A stretch of DNA of 64,000 nt from Vulcanimicrobiota bacterium (GTDB lineage Bacteria > Vulcanimicrobiota > Vulcanimicrobiia > Vulcanimicrobiales > Vulcanimicrobiaceae): contig OY970223.1 of assembly GCA_963714015.1 (NCBI GenBank), positions 2,720,001 through 2,784,000 of the forward strand. The letters are read 5' to 3'. The notes below the pieces were generated by a model. That model saw only the letters and a program-made list of their open reading frames with translations, had not been told where the DNA came from and searched no databases. This document shows positions 42,557 to 52,938 of this stretch, in pieces (position 1 is the first letter of the stretch; every line of letters starts with the position of its first letter). The position numbers and the translations under genes are program-made.

Positions 42557-44457
42557 CGCAGGTCTCCCTTGCGCACCGCGTGCTCGAGGTACGTTCGCAT
42601 CAGCTCCGCGCGCTGCGCGCGCTCCGTCTCCCGAATCGCGTCGATCGCTTGGACGCGCGCACGAACGAACGCCGGCGAGATGCCTTGGGATTCAGGCCGG
42701 CGTACCCGCGAGTTGATGACGGGGCTGGAGTTCATGACGTAGTTCTCGCTTAGGGTGTTCGATTGATAAGGTTGACCGTTGCCCGATACGAAGAGCAGGA
42801 ACGGCGTATCGAGCATGTAGTCGTAATACTCTTTGACGGTGTCCGCAATGGAAAGACAGACGGTCCCGTACGTTCGATCGTCGTAGGTGGTCACGCCGCG
42901 CTGCTCGGTATAGCCGAGCACCGGATCGGTCAGGTTGACGGTCTCCTGTATCTGCTCGACGTTTCCACTCGAAACCGCCGGAGCGCACCAAGACGGCAAC
43001 GACGATACCGCACCAAGATCGCGCGAAGCGTCGCTGTAGAGCGTGACCGGCGTGCCGAACCAAGCGGGGATCGTCAGCGTTTGAGTTTTGCCGCCGTCCG
43101 GCGTAAGCGTCAGCGTTATCGTCGATCGCGACGGCGGCGCGAAGGAAATCGTCGCCAAGCCGGGGATGTCGTACGTTCCCGCGCCGCTTGCAGCCGGAAT
43201 CGAGATAGTAGCACTTCCACCGGTCGCGGTCGTTTCCGTTTCGCTATACGTGCCGTCGCCGGCGACGGTACGCGCGATCGACGTGCCGTCCACGAGTTTT
43301 TCGTTCACGGTGCCGGCAGGATCGAGCGTCCATGCATTACCGGAGGTCTCCGGAAGTTTTACCAGCGTTTGCGGCGTCGCGTACGTCGTCGCGGTAACGT
43401 TGCCCGTTGTGTCCGTGACGGTCGATCCGTAGATGAACTCGCTCGACGCACTCTCGCCTACTGTGGCGTCCGTGGTCGTGGAAACTGTGTTCGTTGCAAA
43501 AGCATCGCTTTCGGCAGACCGCATATCCCACTGTGCGGTATGGTCCGGCGCGGTGGTCGGCACGATCGTTACGGAGTCGCTCACGCCCGCAACCGCGGTA
43601 GAAGTCGGCTCCGGGCACGGTTGAGTGCGTGACATCGTTTGCGTCAACGTTGAATTGCTTCCGCCGTACGAGAACGTATCGCCGCTAGCCAACGGACGCG
43701 GTCCGAGCGATTCGGTGCGGCGCGTGACGTCGAACGGCTGATTCGTGCACCCGAACGAAACGGGCGCCGTCGTCGGAGCGGGTGTCGGTGTCGCACCGGC
43801 CGAGCTCGCGACGTAAAGCGCGAACCAATACGTAGAGCCTTGCGCAAAATCGAAGAGGCCGCCGCCGTTGAAGGTCAGCGTCGCCGAGCCGGCTTCCGGA
43901 CCTTCGAAAGCCATTTGCCATCCCAGGCTCGACTGCGTGGGATCGTAGGCGGCAATCCAGTAGTCAGCCGACGGCAACACGTCGCCGGACGGAATCGTAA
44001 GCGTGAAAGCCGGAGGCCCCTCGAGCGCGATCGGATTCGGTGAAAACTGCAAACCGATATAAGCGATCGGCGTCACGGGATCTTTTGCGCTTTGCGTAAG
44101 CGACCTGATTCCTGACGGAAGTTGGTTACGCAGAGTGATTGAAACGGTCTCTCCGCTTCCGATTACGGCGTATTGCCCAGGTAAATTCATGGAACCGCCC
44201 ACGGCGCCCGGCGCATTGGGAAGCGCCAGCGCAATCGGTCCCGCGCTTCGCCCGCCCGGTGCGGGACTCGGTTGCGGAACGTTACGCACGGCGGTAAGGG
44301 AGTATTGCGTGCCCGGCGGAATCGGCGGCGCAGTCGGCCCGGACGAAACGGGCGTCGGATTTACGGGCGGGTTACCGCCGCCGCCCCCGCCTCCCCCGCA
44401 GGCCCCGAGCGCAGCCGAAAGAATCACGAGCCCGAACGCAAAAAGACGGCTCCTCAA
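42553..44457 (-). CDS. Large Thr/Ser-rich hypothetical lipoprotein
   Basis: Lipobox LGAC-G8; AGGAG RBS; ATGA overlap with the S53 gene. Confidence 0.8.
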   Translation of the reverse strand: MRSRLFAFGLVILSAALGACGGGGGGGGNPPVNPTPVSSGPTAPPIPPGTQYSLTAVRNVPQPSPAPGGRSAGPIALALPNAPGAVGGSMNLPGQYAVIGSGETVSITLRNQLPSGIRSLTQSAKDPVTPIAYIGLQFSPNPIALEGPPAFTLTIPSGDVLPSADYWIAAYDPTQSSLGWQMAFEGPEAGSATLTFNGGGLFDFAQGSTYWFALYVASSAGATPTPAPTTAPVSFGCTNQPFDVTRRTESLGPRPLASGDTFSYGGSNSTLTQTMSRTQPCPEPTSTAVAGVSDSVTIVPTTAPDHTAQWDMRSAESDAFATNTVSTTTDATVGESASSEFIYGSTVTDTTGNVTATTYATPQTLVKLPETSGNAWTLDPAGTVNEKLVDGTSIARTVAGDGTYSETETTATGGSATISIPAASGAGTYDIPGLATISFAPPSRSTITLTLTPDGGKTQTLTIPAWFGTPVTLYSDASRDLGAVSSLPSWCAPAVSSGNVEQIQETVNLTDPVLGYTEQRGVTTYDDRTYGTVCLSIADTVKEYYDYMLDTPFLLFVSGNGQPYQSNTLSENYVMNSSPVINSRVRRPESQGISPAFVRARVQAIDAIRETERAQRAELMRTYLEHAVRKGDLR

Positions 44458-44583
44458 GCAATACTCCTAGAGAAAAACACGCGGACTCCGCGCAAGAAAA
44501 GCCGGGCGCACTTCGGCGGGGCGGGCAAATGTCATGCCGGATTCGCTGCGAAACGAACGATCGTAAGGGAGCGTTTTCCAAAT

Positions 44584-45132
44584 ATGTACAAAACTGCGAC
44601 CGCAATCGCGCTTATAGCGCTAGCTTGTCTTGGCACAGGTCTGCCCGCCGCGAGCGACACACGCGACGGCGCTATAATCCGCAATTCCGGTTCGAGCAAC
44701 TTCGCCGGGTACGTCGTCACCGTTTGGTCCGACGGCACCGCGCAGGGCTACCGGTCGCGCGCCGGCCGAACTGTCGGGAACGCAGTCAAGGGCTCGATCT
44801 CATCGCAGCTGGCGACAAAATTCTTCAACGATTTGAGCACGGCCAAGCACAATCAAATCGTTGCGCAGTCGTGCATGAAGAGCGCGTCATTCGGAAGTTC
44901 GATGATCGTCCAGTATCACCGGTGGACGACGCCCGACTTGGAATGCCCCGGCGACGGCTCGGTTATCGCGCTCGCTTCCGAAGCGCACCAGATCGCTGCA
45001 ACGCTGGGGCTATTGCAAGGAAGCCGCCGCGTGCCCATGCTGCCCAACGAGAAGCGCCGCCCGGTCATGGAGGTGACGCCGCCTTCGGGCCAAGCGAGCG
45101 CCACGCCGGAACCCAGCCCCTCCGCATCGTAG
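44584..45132 (+). CDS. Hypothetical secreted protein
   Basis: Signal peptide; NSGSSN, CMKSASFG. Confidence 0.7.
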   Translation: MYKTATAIALIALACLGTGLPAASDTRDGAIIRNSGSSNFAGYVVTVWSDGTAQGYRSRAGRTVGNAVKGSISSQLATKFFNDLSTAKHNQIVAQSCMKSASFGSSMIVQYHRWTTPDLECPGDGSVIALASEAHQIAATLGLLQGSRRVPMLPNEKRRPVMEVTPPSGQASATPEPSPSAS

Positions 45133-45145
45133 TTAAGAGCCCGAT

Positions 45146-45763
45146 ATGAAGCGCCTTGCCCTTTCCTTCGCAGTCGTTGCCTTTGCGATGGCTGCTCTCT
45201 CCGGACTTCACACGACGGCCGCCAGGGCACAGACGCTGCCCACGGCTCCGCCGCCGCCGCCTCCCAACGCTACGCCGACACCAGTGCTTCCGCCGGGAGC
45301 GCTGCCTTCACCGGCCGGAAGCAGCGCAACGATAACGCTGCCGACACGAAGAAGATCCTCGACGCCGGCACCTCCCAAGGACGTCGACGCAAATCGCGTC
45401 GGCATATCCGGCGTTTGGGAAGTGGCGCTTCAGCAGTCAGATGGTGTCGTGTACACGCACTTCAAGCTTTCGCAGGCCGGCAACATTCTGACCGGCACGT
45501 ATCTCGACGACAAGAACAAGCGTTATCCCGTTTCGGGCTCGATCGATGGAAAAGACGTGCGGCTCGTCGTCTCGCTGCCCGACGGATCCGATTTAGTGTT
45601 TAAGGGCACGCAGGACGCGAATACCGACATGGTCGGAACGCTGGACAGCGCCAAAAACACGATCGGCTTTACGGCCGCGTACCGCGCCAAATACAAATGG
45701 ACCGATAACTTGAATCCGACGCCCGCGGGCGGCGGCATGGGGAACAACGGCGTCCCTTACTAG
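45146..45763 (+). CDS. Hypothetical secreted protein (Pro-rich linker + beta domain)
   Basis: Signal peptide; ISGVW..LSQAGNILTGT. Confidence 0.7.
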   Translation: MKRLALSFAVVAFAMAALSGLHTTAARAQTLPTAPPPPPPNATPTPVLPPGALPSPAGSSATITLPTRRRSSTPAPPKDVDANRVGISGVWEVALQQSDGVVYTHFKLSQAGNILTGTYLDDKNKRYPVSGSIDGKDVRLVVSLPDGSDLVFKGTQDANTDMVGTLDSAKNTIGFTAAYRAKYKWTDNLNPTPAGGGMGNNGVPY

Positions 45764-45786
45764 CCGCCGCGGGCGAGTGGTTTCGA

Positions 45787-46293
45787 TCAGGATCGTGACG
45801 CGCTGCGTTCCGCCAACCGTTTTTCTACATAAGGTTGTAAGCCGCCGGCTTCGATCAAGGACTGCATGAACGGCGGAAACGCCGCGGCCTTGTAGGTTTC
45901 GTTTTTGGTTACGTTGCGAATGGTTCCGCTCGGCGCATCGATCTCGATTTCGTCGCCGCTGCGGATGCCGTCGACGGCTTCCGGAGATTCGAAGATCGGC
46001 AATCCGATGTTCAGCGCGTTGCGATAGAATATGCGGGCGAAGCTCTTGGCGATGACCGCGGACGTACCGGAGCCTTTGATCGCAATCGGCGCGACTTCAC
46101 GGCTCGAGCCGCAGCCGAAGTTGGTGTCGGCAACGATGATATCGCCGGCTTTCATTCGGGAAGTGAACTCCGGATCGATGCCTTCCAGTGCGTGCTTGCC
46201 GAGTTCCGCCTGATCCACGATGTTGCAGTATTTGCCTGGGATAATGACGTCCGTGTCGACGTTCTTTCCGTATTTATGAGCGTAGCCTTTCAT
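45787..46293 (-). CDS. leuD: 3-isopropylmalate dehydratase small subunit (type 2/HacB-like)
   Basis: NVDTDVIIP, NFGCGSSRE, SFARIFYRN. Confidence 0.85.
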   Translation of the reverse strand: MKGYAHKYGKNVDTDVIIPGKYCNIVDQAELGKHALEGIDPEFTSRMKAGDIIVADTNFGCGSSREVAPIAIKGSGTSAVIAKSFARIFYRNALNIGLPIFESPEAVDGIRSGDEIEIDAPSGTIRNVTKNETYKAAAFPPFMQSLIEAGGLQPYVEKRLAERSASRS

Positions 46294-46300
46294 CTTCTCC

Positions 46301-47584
46301 TCAAACTCCGACTGCGGCGACTGTACGTGGATCGGTAATGTGTCCGGTGAGCGCTGACGCAGCGCACGTCGCCGGCGACCCAAGGTAGACCTCCGCCTTA
46401 GGCGACCCCATGCGGCCGACGTAATTGCGATTCGTCGTCGAGATGCAGCGCTCGCCGTCGCCCAGCGTGCCCATGTGACCGCCGAAGCAGGCGCCGCAGC
46501 CCGGCGTGTTTACGACGCAGCCGGCGCCGGCCAGCGTGGTTAGAATGCCTTCCTGCGCCGCTTGCATCCAGACTTTCTGCGATCCGGGGTTCACGATGAC
46601 GCGAAGGCTCGGCGCGATCCGCTTGCCTTCGAGAATGTTTGCGACGATGCGCAGATCTTCGATGTAACCATTGGTGCAGGATCCGATGAAGACCTGATCG
46701 ACCGGGAGGCGTTCGTTGGTCACCTCGGAGATCGGATGCACGTTGTCCGGGGTATGCGGACAAGCAACTTGCGGTTCGAGCTGCGAGACGTCGATCTCGA
46801 CGATCCTCTCGTAGTGCGCGTCTTCATCGGCCCGTTCGACGACGAACTGCCGATCGGTGCGTTCTTTGACGTACGCCAACGCTTTGGCATCGGCGTGGAA
46901 GATGCCGTTCTTCGCGCCGGCCTCGATCGCCATATTCGCCATGGTAATTCGACCGGTGATCGACATGTCGTCGATTGTCGAGCCGTGGTATTCGATAGCG
47001 CGGTACGTCGCACCGTCGATTCCCAAAATTCCGACGGTCTTGAGCATCAGATCCTTCGCGAAGACCATCTCACCCAGCCGGCCGTGGTACACCAGCTTTA
47101 TCGTGGGCGGAACGCGCAGCCAGACTTCGCCTAAGACAAAAGCCGCTGCGATGTCAGTGGATCCCATTCCGGTCGCAAACGCGCCGAACGCGCCGTACGT
47201 GCACGTATGAGAGTCGCCGCCGACGATCAGCTCGCCCGGCGCGACCAGGCCCTCCTCCGGAAGCACGACGTGCTCGATGCCGCCGCGGCCGACGTCGAAA
47301 AAGTGCTTGATCTGCTGTTCGCCCGCAAAATCTTTCATCAACTTGGCGATCTTCGCAGATTGCGCGTCCTTAGCCGGAACGAAGTGATCCTCGACGAGCG
47401 CGATCTTTTCCTTGTCGAAGACGCGATCCGCGCCTTTGATGTTGCGCATCACGCCGATCGCGACTGCGGCGGACAGCTCGTTGGCAAGAACGAGATCGAC
47501 CTTCGCGTTGATGATCTGGCCCGGTTCGACCGATTCCAGACCCGCGTGGCGCGCAAGAATCTTCTCGGTCAGGGTCATGCCCAT
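46301..47584 (-). CDS. leuC: 3-isopropylmalate dehydratase large subunit (type 2/HacA-like)
   Basis: MTLTEKIL, DSHTCTYG, IGSCTNG, CGACFG, TTNRN. Confidence 0.85.
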   Translation of the reverse strand: MGMTLTEKILARHAGLESVEPGQIINAKVDLVLANELSAAVAIGVMRNIKGADRVFDKEKIALVEDHFVPAKDAQSAKIAKLMKDFAGEQQIKHFFDVGRGGIEHVVLPEEGLVAPGELIVGGDSHTCTYGAFGAFATGMGSTDIAAAFVLGEVWLRVPPTIKLVYHGRLGEMVFAKDLMLKTVGILGIDGATYRAIEYHGSTIDDMSITGRITMANMAIEAGAKNGIFHADAKALAYVKERTDRQFVVERADEDAHYERIVEIDVSQLEPQVACPHTPDNVHPISEVTNERLPVDQVFIGSCTNGYIEDLRIVANILEGKRIAPSLRVIVNPGSQKVWMQAAQEGILTTLAGAGCVVNTPGCGACFGGHMGTLGDGERCISTTNRNYVGRMGSPKAEVYLGSPATCAASALTGHITDPRTVAAVGV

Positions 47585-47645
47585 TTCCAACTCTCCTCTA
47601 GGTAGCCTGGGGTATGTTGCACTTCGAGTCGAAGTACGCGCGACC

Positions 47646-48900
47646 ATGCAAGACCGCACCTTCGGATTCGCAACGCGCGCCATCCACGCCGGAGCCCCGC
47701 CCGATCCGGTCACCGGCGCGCGCGTGACCCCGATTCACCAGACGGCCGCATACGTCTTCGGCTCCACGGAGCAGGCAGCCGAACTCTTTCAGCCTGCGCA
47801 GCTACGGCCATATCTACAGCCGGATCAGCAATCCGACCGTGGCGGCATTCGAGGAGCGCATGGCGAGTCTGGAAGGCGGACTTGGCGCGATCGCCTTCTC
47901 GAGCGGACTTGCAGCGCAGCTCGGCATCGTGCTGACGCTTGCGCAGAACGGCGATCACATCGTCAGCTCGCAGAACGTCTACGGCGGTACGGTTACCCAG
48001 TTCAGCATCACGCTCAAGCGGATGGGCATCGAAACGGCGTTCGCGCCGGTGAACGACTACGAAGCGATACGCGCGGCGATCCGGCCGAACACGAGGATGC
48101 TGTTCGCCGAGACCATCGGCAATCCGTCGGGTACGCTGGCGGACGTCGACAAACTGGCACAGCTCGCGCATGGTGCCGGCATCCCGCTCGTCGTCGACAA
48201 CACCTTTGCATCGCCGGCCCTCTTCCGCCCAATCGAACATGGCGCCGACGTCGTCGTGCATTCCGCAACCAAATTCATCTCCGGACACGGCACAGTGATC
48301 GGCGGCGTGCTGATCGAGTCGGGCAAGTTCGCCTGGGACAGCGGGCGTTTTCCGCTCCTGTCTCAACCGAGCCCGGGGTATCATAATAAAGTCTTCACGG
48401 AGACGTTCGGCGAGTACGCATTTCTGATGCGCGCGCGGGCCGAAGTTCTTCGTGACGTCGGATCGCAGATGTCGCCCATGGATGCTTGGCTTTTGCTCAT
48501 CGGGCTGGAGACGCTTCCGATCCGCATGCGGGCGCACGTCGAGAACGCTGCAACGATCGTGCAATTTCTCAAAGGCCGTCCCGAAGTTGAATGGATCAAT
48601 ATCCCAGCGATGGGCTCGATCTTTACGTTCGGCATTCGCGGCGGCCGGGACGCGGGCCGCAGATTCATCGACGCGCTGGAGCTCTGGAGTCATCTGGCGA
48701 ACGTCGGAGATGCAAAGAGTCTGGTGATTCATCCGGCTTCGACGACGCATTCGCAGCTCGGCGACGACGAGATGCGCAATGCCGGCGTCGCCCCCGAGAT
48801 GATTCGGCTTTCCGTCGGGCTCGAAGACGCGGACGATCTCATTTGGGATCTCCAAAACGCGCTTCAGGCGGCAGCCCTTCCGGTGGGGGGTCGGGCGTGA
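47646..48900 (+). CDS. metY: O-acetylhomoserine sulfhydrylase, frameshift ~47790
   Basis: TPIHQTAAY, YSRISNPT, HSATKFISGHG, LANVGDAKSLVIHPASTTH. Confidence 0.9.
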
Positions 48901-49373
48901 TTCTCGACACGGTTGCGGCACGGCGCGCAATGCTTGCAAAGGCAAAACGCATTGCGATGGTCGGCGCTTCCGCTAATCCGCTCCGCCCGAGCTATACGGT
49001 ATTCAGCTATCTGCGCACACAGAGTCCGTTTGCGGTAGCGCCGATAAATCCGACGATAACCGAAATCGACGGCGTGAAAGCGTATCCGTCTATCGAGGCG
49101 TACGCCGCCGAAAACGGTCCACCGGACATCGTCGACGTCTTTCGCAAGCCGAGCGAAGTAGTCGACGTCGTGAACGATGCCATCCTGGCCGAGGCGCGCG
49201 CTGTTTGGTTTCAATACGGGGTGATCAACCCCGACGCGATCGAACTTGCGCTCAAAGCGGGGCTCGACGTCGTCGTCGACCGCTGTATCAAAGTGGAATG
49301 GGCGCGGCTCAACGGCGGCCTCTCGACCAGCGGGTTGAACAGCGGGCTCATTACCAGCCGCCGCCGCACGTGA
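48897..49373 (+). CDS. CoA-binding protein (YccU-like)
   Basis: IAMVGAS..RPS; DIVDVFR; VWFQYG; DRCIKVE. Confidence 0.9.
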   Translation: MILDTVAARRAMLAKAKRIAMVGASANPLRPSYTVFSYLRTQSPFAVAPINPTITEIDGVKAYPSIEAYAAENGPPDIVDVFRKPSEVVDVVNDAILAEARAVWFQYGVINPDAIELALKAGLDVVVDRCIKVEWARLNGGLSTSGLNSGLITSRRRT

Positions 49374-50446
49374 TCTACTGCGACGAAGCCCAGACGCTCG
49401 ATGCCGAGATCCTCGAGTGCATCTCGGCCCGCAGCGTTCCGGACTTCGACGGCCTTGCGCTGCGCATTTTCGCACACCAACTTCGTTACAACGTGCCCTA
49501 CGCGCGTTATTGCGCCGCAATGGGTGTCACCCCCGATACGCCGCCGGCATCGTGGGAACGGATCCCGCCGGTTCCCGCCGCGGCATTCAAAGAAGCGCAG
49601 CTGTGCACGTTCGATTTTCGCCGCGCCGAGCTCAACTTTCAGACAAGCGGAACGACTACCGGGTCCGCCGGCGTGCATTACATGGAGACGCCGCGGCTGT
49701 ACGATGCGGCGCTGCTCGCCGGCTTCCATGACGCAATGCTGGCGCGCGATCCTCGCCCGCTGCGGTATTTGCTGCTGGTACCCAATCCGGCGGAACGCCC
49801 GCATTCTTCGCTCGGATACATGATGCGCAAAGTCGCGGACACGTACGGCGACGGACGGGAAGCGTGGCTGCTCGAAGGCGACGTCCTGCATTTAGACCGA
49901 TTCGTTAACCACGTTCGAGCGTGTGCCGCGGACGGCACGGCAGTCTGCATTGCGGGCACGGCTTTTGCATTCGTCAACCTGATCGATCTGCTGGCCGAAC
50001 GGCGAATTGGCGCATTGCCCCTGCCGGATGGCTCGCGAATCATGGAGACCGGCGGGTTCAAAGGACGCGCGCGGATAGTCGAACGCGCGAGCCTGTACGC
50101 CGAACTCTCCGCGGCTTTTGCTCTGCCGGAACAGCGAATCGTTGCCGAATACGGAATGACGGAGCTGACGAGTCAATACTATGACGATGCCGCGCGCGTG
50201 AAACGGCCGCCGGCGTGGCTGCGTCCGAGGGTCGTCGGTACCGACGGAAAGACGCTGCCCGAAGGCGTGGTTGGGACACTCGTGCACGTCGATTTGGGCA
50301 ACCGTTCCTCGTGCGTAGCGATTCAAACGGAAGATCTCGGCGTCGGCGTCGACGGCGGCATCGTGCTCATCGGACGCGAACACGGCGCGGAATTGCGCGG
50401 CTGTTCATTGGACGCCGAGCAGCTTCGAACGTTGGCCGCGCACTAG
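49370..50446 (+). CDS. LuxE-like acyl-protein synthetase
   Basis: FQTSGTT, METGGFKGR, EYGMTEL, IQTEDLG, GR..ELRGCS acylation-site Cys. Confidence 0.85.
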   Translation: MIYCDEAQTLDAEILECISARSVPDFDGLALRIFAHQLRYNVPYARYCAAMGVTPDTPPASWERIPPVPAAAFKEAQLCTFDFRRAELNFQTSGTTTGSAGVHYMETPRLYDAALLAGFHDAMLARDPRPLRYLLLVPNPAERPHSSLGYMMRKVADTYGDGREAWLLEGDVLHLDRFVNHVRACAADGTAVCIAGTAFAFVNLIDLLAERRIGALPLPDGSRIMETGGFKGRARIVERASLYAELSAAFALPEQRIVAEYGMTELTSQYYDDAARVKRPPAWLRPRVVGTDGKTLPEGVVGTLVHVDLGNRSSCVAIQTEDLGVGVDGGIVLIGREHGAELRGCSLDAEQLRTLAAH

Positions 50447-51669
50447 TGACTGCGCTCAGCCGCGTTCCTGCCGCAAAGATCGTGCGCGCCGTCGCCTGCG
50501 CGGCCGAACGCTGGAGCGATGCTGATTTTCCGCCGCGCGTGCGAGCAACGGATCGAATCGCGGCGCGCACGGGCTATTCCGTGCCTATGGTCGAGTACGC
50601 ACTCGATCGCCTCTTCTTTCCGATTGACGAAGGGGAAGTAGCAGGCGTCATCGCAGCGGAACTAGGCAGCGTCGAAGCTTTGGATGGTTTTTGCAGGCGG
50701 TCCGGCAAACCGGACGCCTGGGCTCGCCCCGCCGGCAACGTCTGTATCATATCCAGCCGCACGACGATCGGCGTTGCACTTTATCCGGCCGTCTTTGCGC
50801 TCTGCGCGAAGTGCGACGTAACGGTCAAAGATCGCGAAGATGCGCTCGTCACGTCATTCTTTGAGACGCTCGGCGAAGAACTCGACGAGTTACGAATTTC
50901 CGCTCGCGCTTCAGCATGGAACTCGGTTGAAACGCAAGCGCCGGATCTCGACCGCTTCGATCTCGTCGTCGCGTTCGGCAGTGACGAAGCGCTGGCGCAC
51001 ATCGCGGCGAGCGTAGGCTACCCGCGCCGCTTCATCGGATACGGCTCCCGGATGAGCGCAGGCTACGTCGCGCGCGAGACGCTAGCGGCCGCGGACGTGC
51101 TTGCGCTCTGCGAGGGCGCTGCCCGCGATCTGTTGCTGTACGAGACCGAAGGCTGTCTTTCGCTGCATGCGCTGTTCGTCGAGCGCGGCGGCGACATCGA
51201 ACCATCGGAATTTGCGCGAAAGCTGGCGGACGCGTCGGAGCGCGCGTCGATCGAGTTTCCGCCGGGGCGGATCGAGCCGTATCAATCCGCGCAATTCGTC
51301 CAGCGCCGCAACCTTGCGGCGTTTCGCGCCGCCGCGGGCCGAGGCGCAGTTTTTGCAGACGAAGTCTCGCGGATGGCCGTGGTACTCGATCCGTCGCATG
51401 ACGAGCCGCCGCCGTTTTTGCCGCGTATGCTCGGCGTGCTGCCGGTTGACGCACCGGCGCAGGCACTTGCATACCTTCGGCAACATCATCTGCCGCTCGA
51501 GGCATTCGCGCTTTCATCGCCGCGGCCGGACGTAGTGCAAATGGCCGTCGATGCGGGTGCAGTGCGTCTTGCGCGCTTCGGCGAATTGCAGGCACCGTCG
51601 CTTGGGAACGACCACGGCGGCCGCCCGCGCATCGCGGAATTCGTGCAATGGATCGACAAGACGATTTGA
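50446..51669 (+). CDS. LuxC-like acyl-CoA/acyl-protein reductase
   Basis: VAFGSDEA, GYGSRMS, YETEGCLS catalytic Cys, HGGRP C-terminus. Confidence 0.8.
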   Translation: MTALSRVPAAKIVRAVACAAERWSDADFPPRVRATDRIAARTGYSVPMVEYALDRLFFPIDEGEVAGVIAAELGSVEALDGFCRRSGKPDAWARPAGNVCIISSRTTIGVALYPAVFALCAKCDVTVKDREDALVTSFFETLGEELDELRISARASAWNSVETQAPDLDRFDLVVAFGSDEALAHIAASVGYPRRFIGYGSRMSAGYVARETLAAADVLALCEGAARDLLLYETEGCLSLHALFVERGGDIEPSEFARKLADASERASIEFPPGRIEPYQSAQFVQRRNLAAFRAAAGRGAVFADEVSRMAVVLDPSHDEPPPFLPRMLGVLPVDAPAQALAYLRQHHLPLEAFALSSPRPDVVQMAVDAGAVRLARFGELQAPSLGNDHGGRPRIAEFVQWIDKTI

Positions 51670-52938
51670 ACGGCGAGGAACTGGAAGAAGTTCGCACCGC
51701 AATACCCGGACCGCGTACGCGGGAACTCGCCGGTAAATTGCGCCGAGTGGAGTCGCGTAACGTCACCTTCGTAGACGAACGCTTTCCGGTTTTTTGGGAG
51801 TCAAGTTGCGGGGCCAACGTCACGGACGTCGACGGCAACCGGTACATCGATCTCACTGCGGGGTTTGGCGTCGCCGGGACGGGTCACAGCAATCCGCGTG
51901 TCGCGGCCGCAATCGCGGAGCAAGCCGGACGCATGATGCACGCCATGGGCGACGTGCACCCCGCCGAAGCAAAGGTCTCCCTGCTCGAAAAACTCGCGGC
52001 GATAACGCCCGGCGGCTTGAGCAAAACGTTTCTGGCATCCACGGGCGCCGAGGCGGTCGAAGCGGCGATGAAGACGGCCATAATCGCTACCGGCAAGTCG
52101 CGCTTCGTTGCTTTTCGCGGCGCTTACCACGGGCTGTCGTTCGGTGCGCTGGAGATTTGCGGAATCGAAAAATTCCGCGATCCCTTTCGCACCATGCTGC
52201 CGGACCGCGCGCACTTCTTGGACTTTCCGCAAAGTCCGGACGCACTCGATGACGTTCGGCAAGTGATGGACGCCGGCGGTGACGTCGCCGCAGTCTTTAT
52301 CGAGCCGGTACAAGCGCGCGGGGGAAACTACGTTGCCCCGGACGGATATCTGCGGGGGCTGCGCGAGCTCTGCACGACGCGTGGTGTGTTGCTCATTTGC
52401 GATGAGATCTACACGGGATTCGGACGAACGGGGCAAATGTTCGCGTGCGATTGGGAAAACGTCGCTCCGGATATCCTGTGCATCGGGAAAGCGATGGCGA
52501 ACGGTTTCCCAATCTCCGCGGCCGTCGCAGCTCCCAATATCATGGACGCTTGGCCGGAATCGCCCGGAGAGGCGCTTCACACTTCGACGTATTTGGGAAA
52601 CCCCATGGCCTGCGCCGCCGCGCTCGCGAACATCGGCGAGATCGAGCGGTTGAAGCTGCCTCAGCGCGCTCGCGAGCTGGGCTCGCTTCTTGAGGAACGT
52701 CTTACGCTGCTCTGCGCAAATCACCGCCTGCCTCAGCCGCGCGGGCGCGGTTTGCTGTGGGGATTCGAACTCGAGGATGGTGCCCGGGCTTCAAAGCTCG
52801 TAAAGGACGCGCTGAGAAACGGCATCATCGTTTTGCAAGCCGGGCCGCTGGGCAACGTCGTTTCGATCGCTCCGCCGCTCGTCATCTCGCGGCGCCAGCT
52901 CTTTGCATGCCGTCGACGTTCTCGAGGAGTGCTTATGA
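51648..52938 (+). CDS. Class III PLP aminotransferase (GabT/ArgD/LysJ-like); indel ~52905 fuses it to the next gene
   Basis: DVDGNRYID, GAEAVEAAMK, YHG, DEIYTGFGRTG, PDILCIGK. Confidence 0.9.

Noticed and set aside
49370..51669. Bioluminescence (lux) operon
   Set aside because: No luxA/B, luxD or luxG in the window
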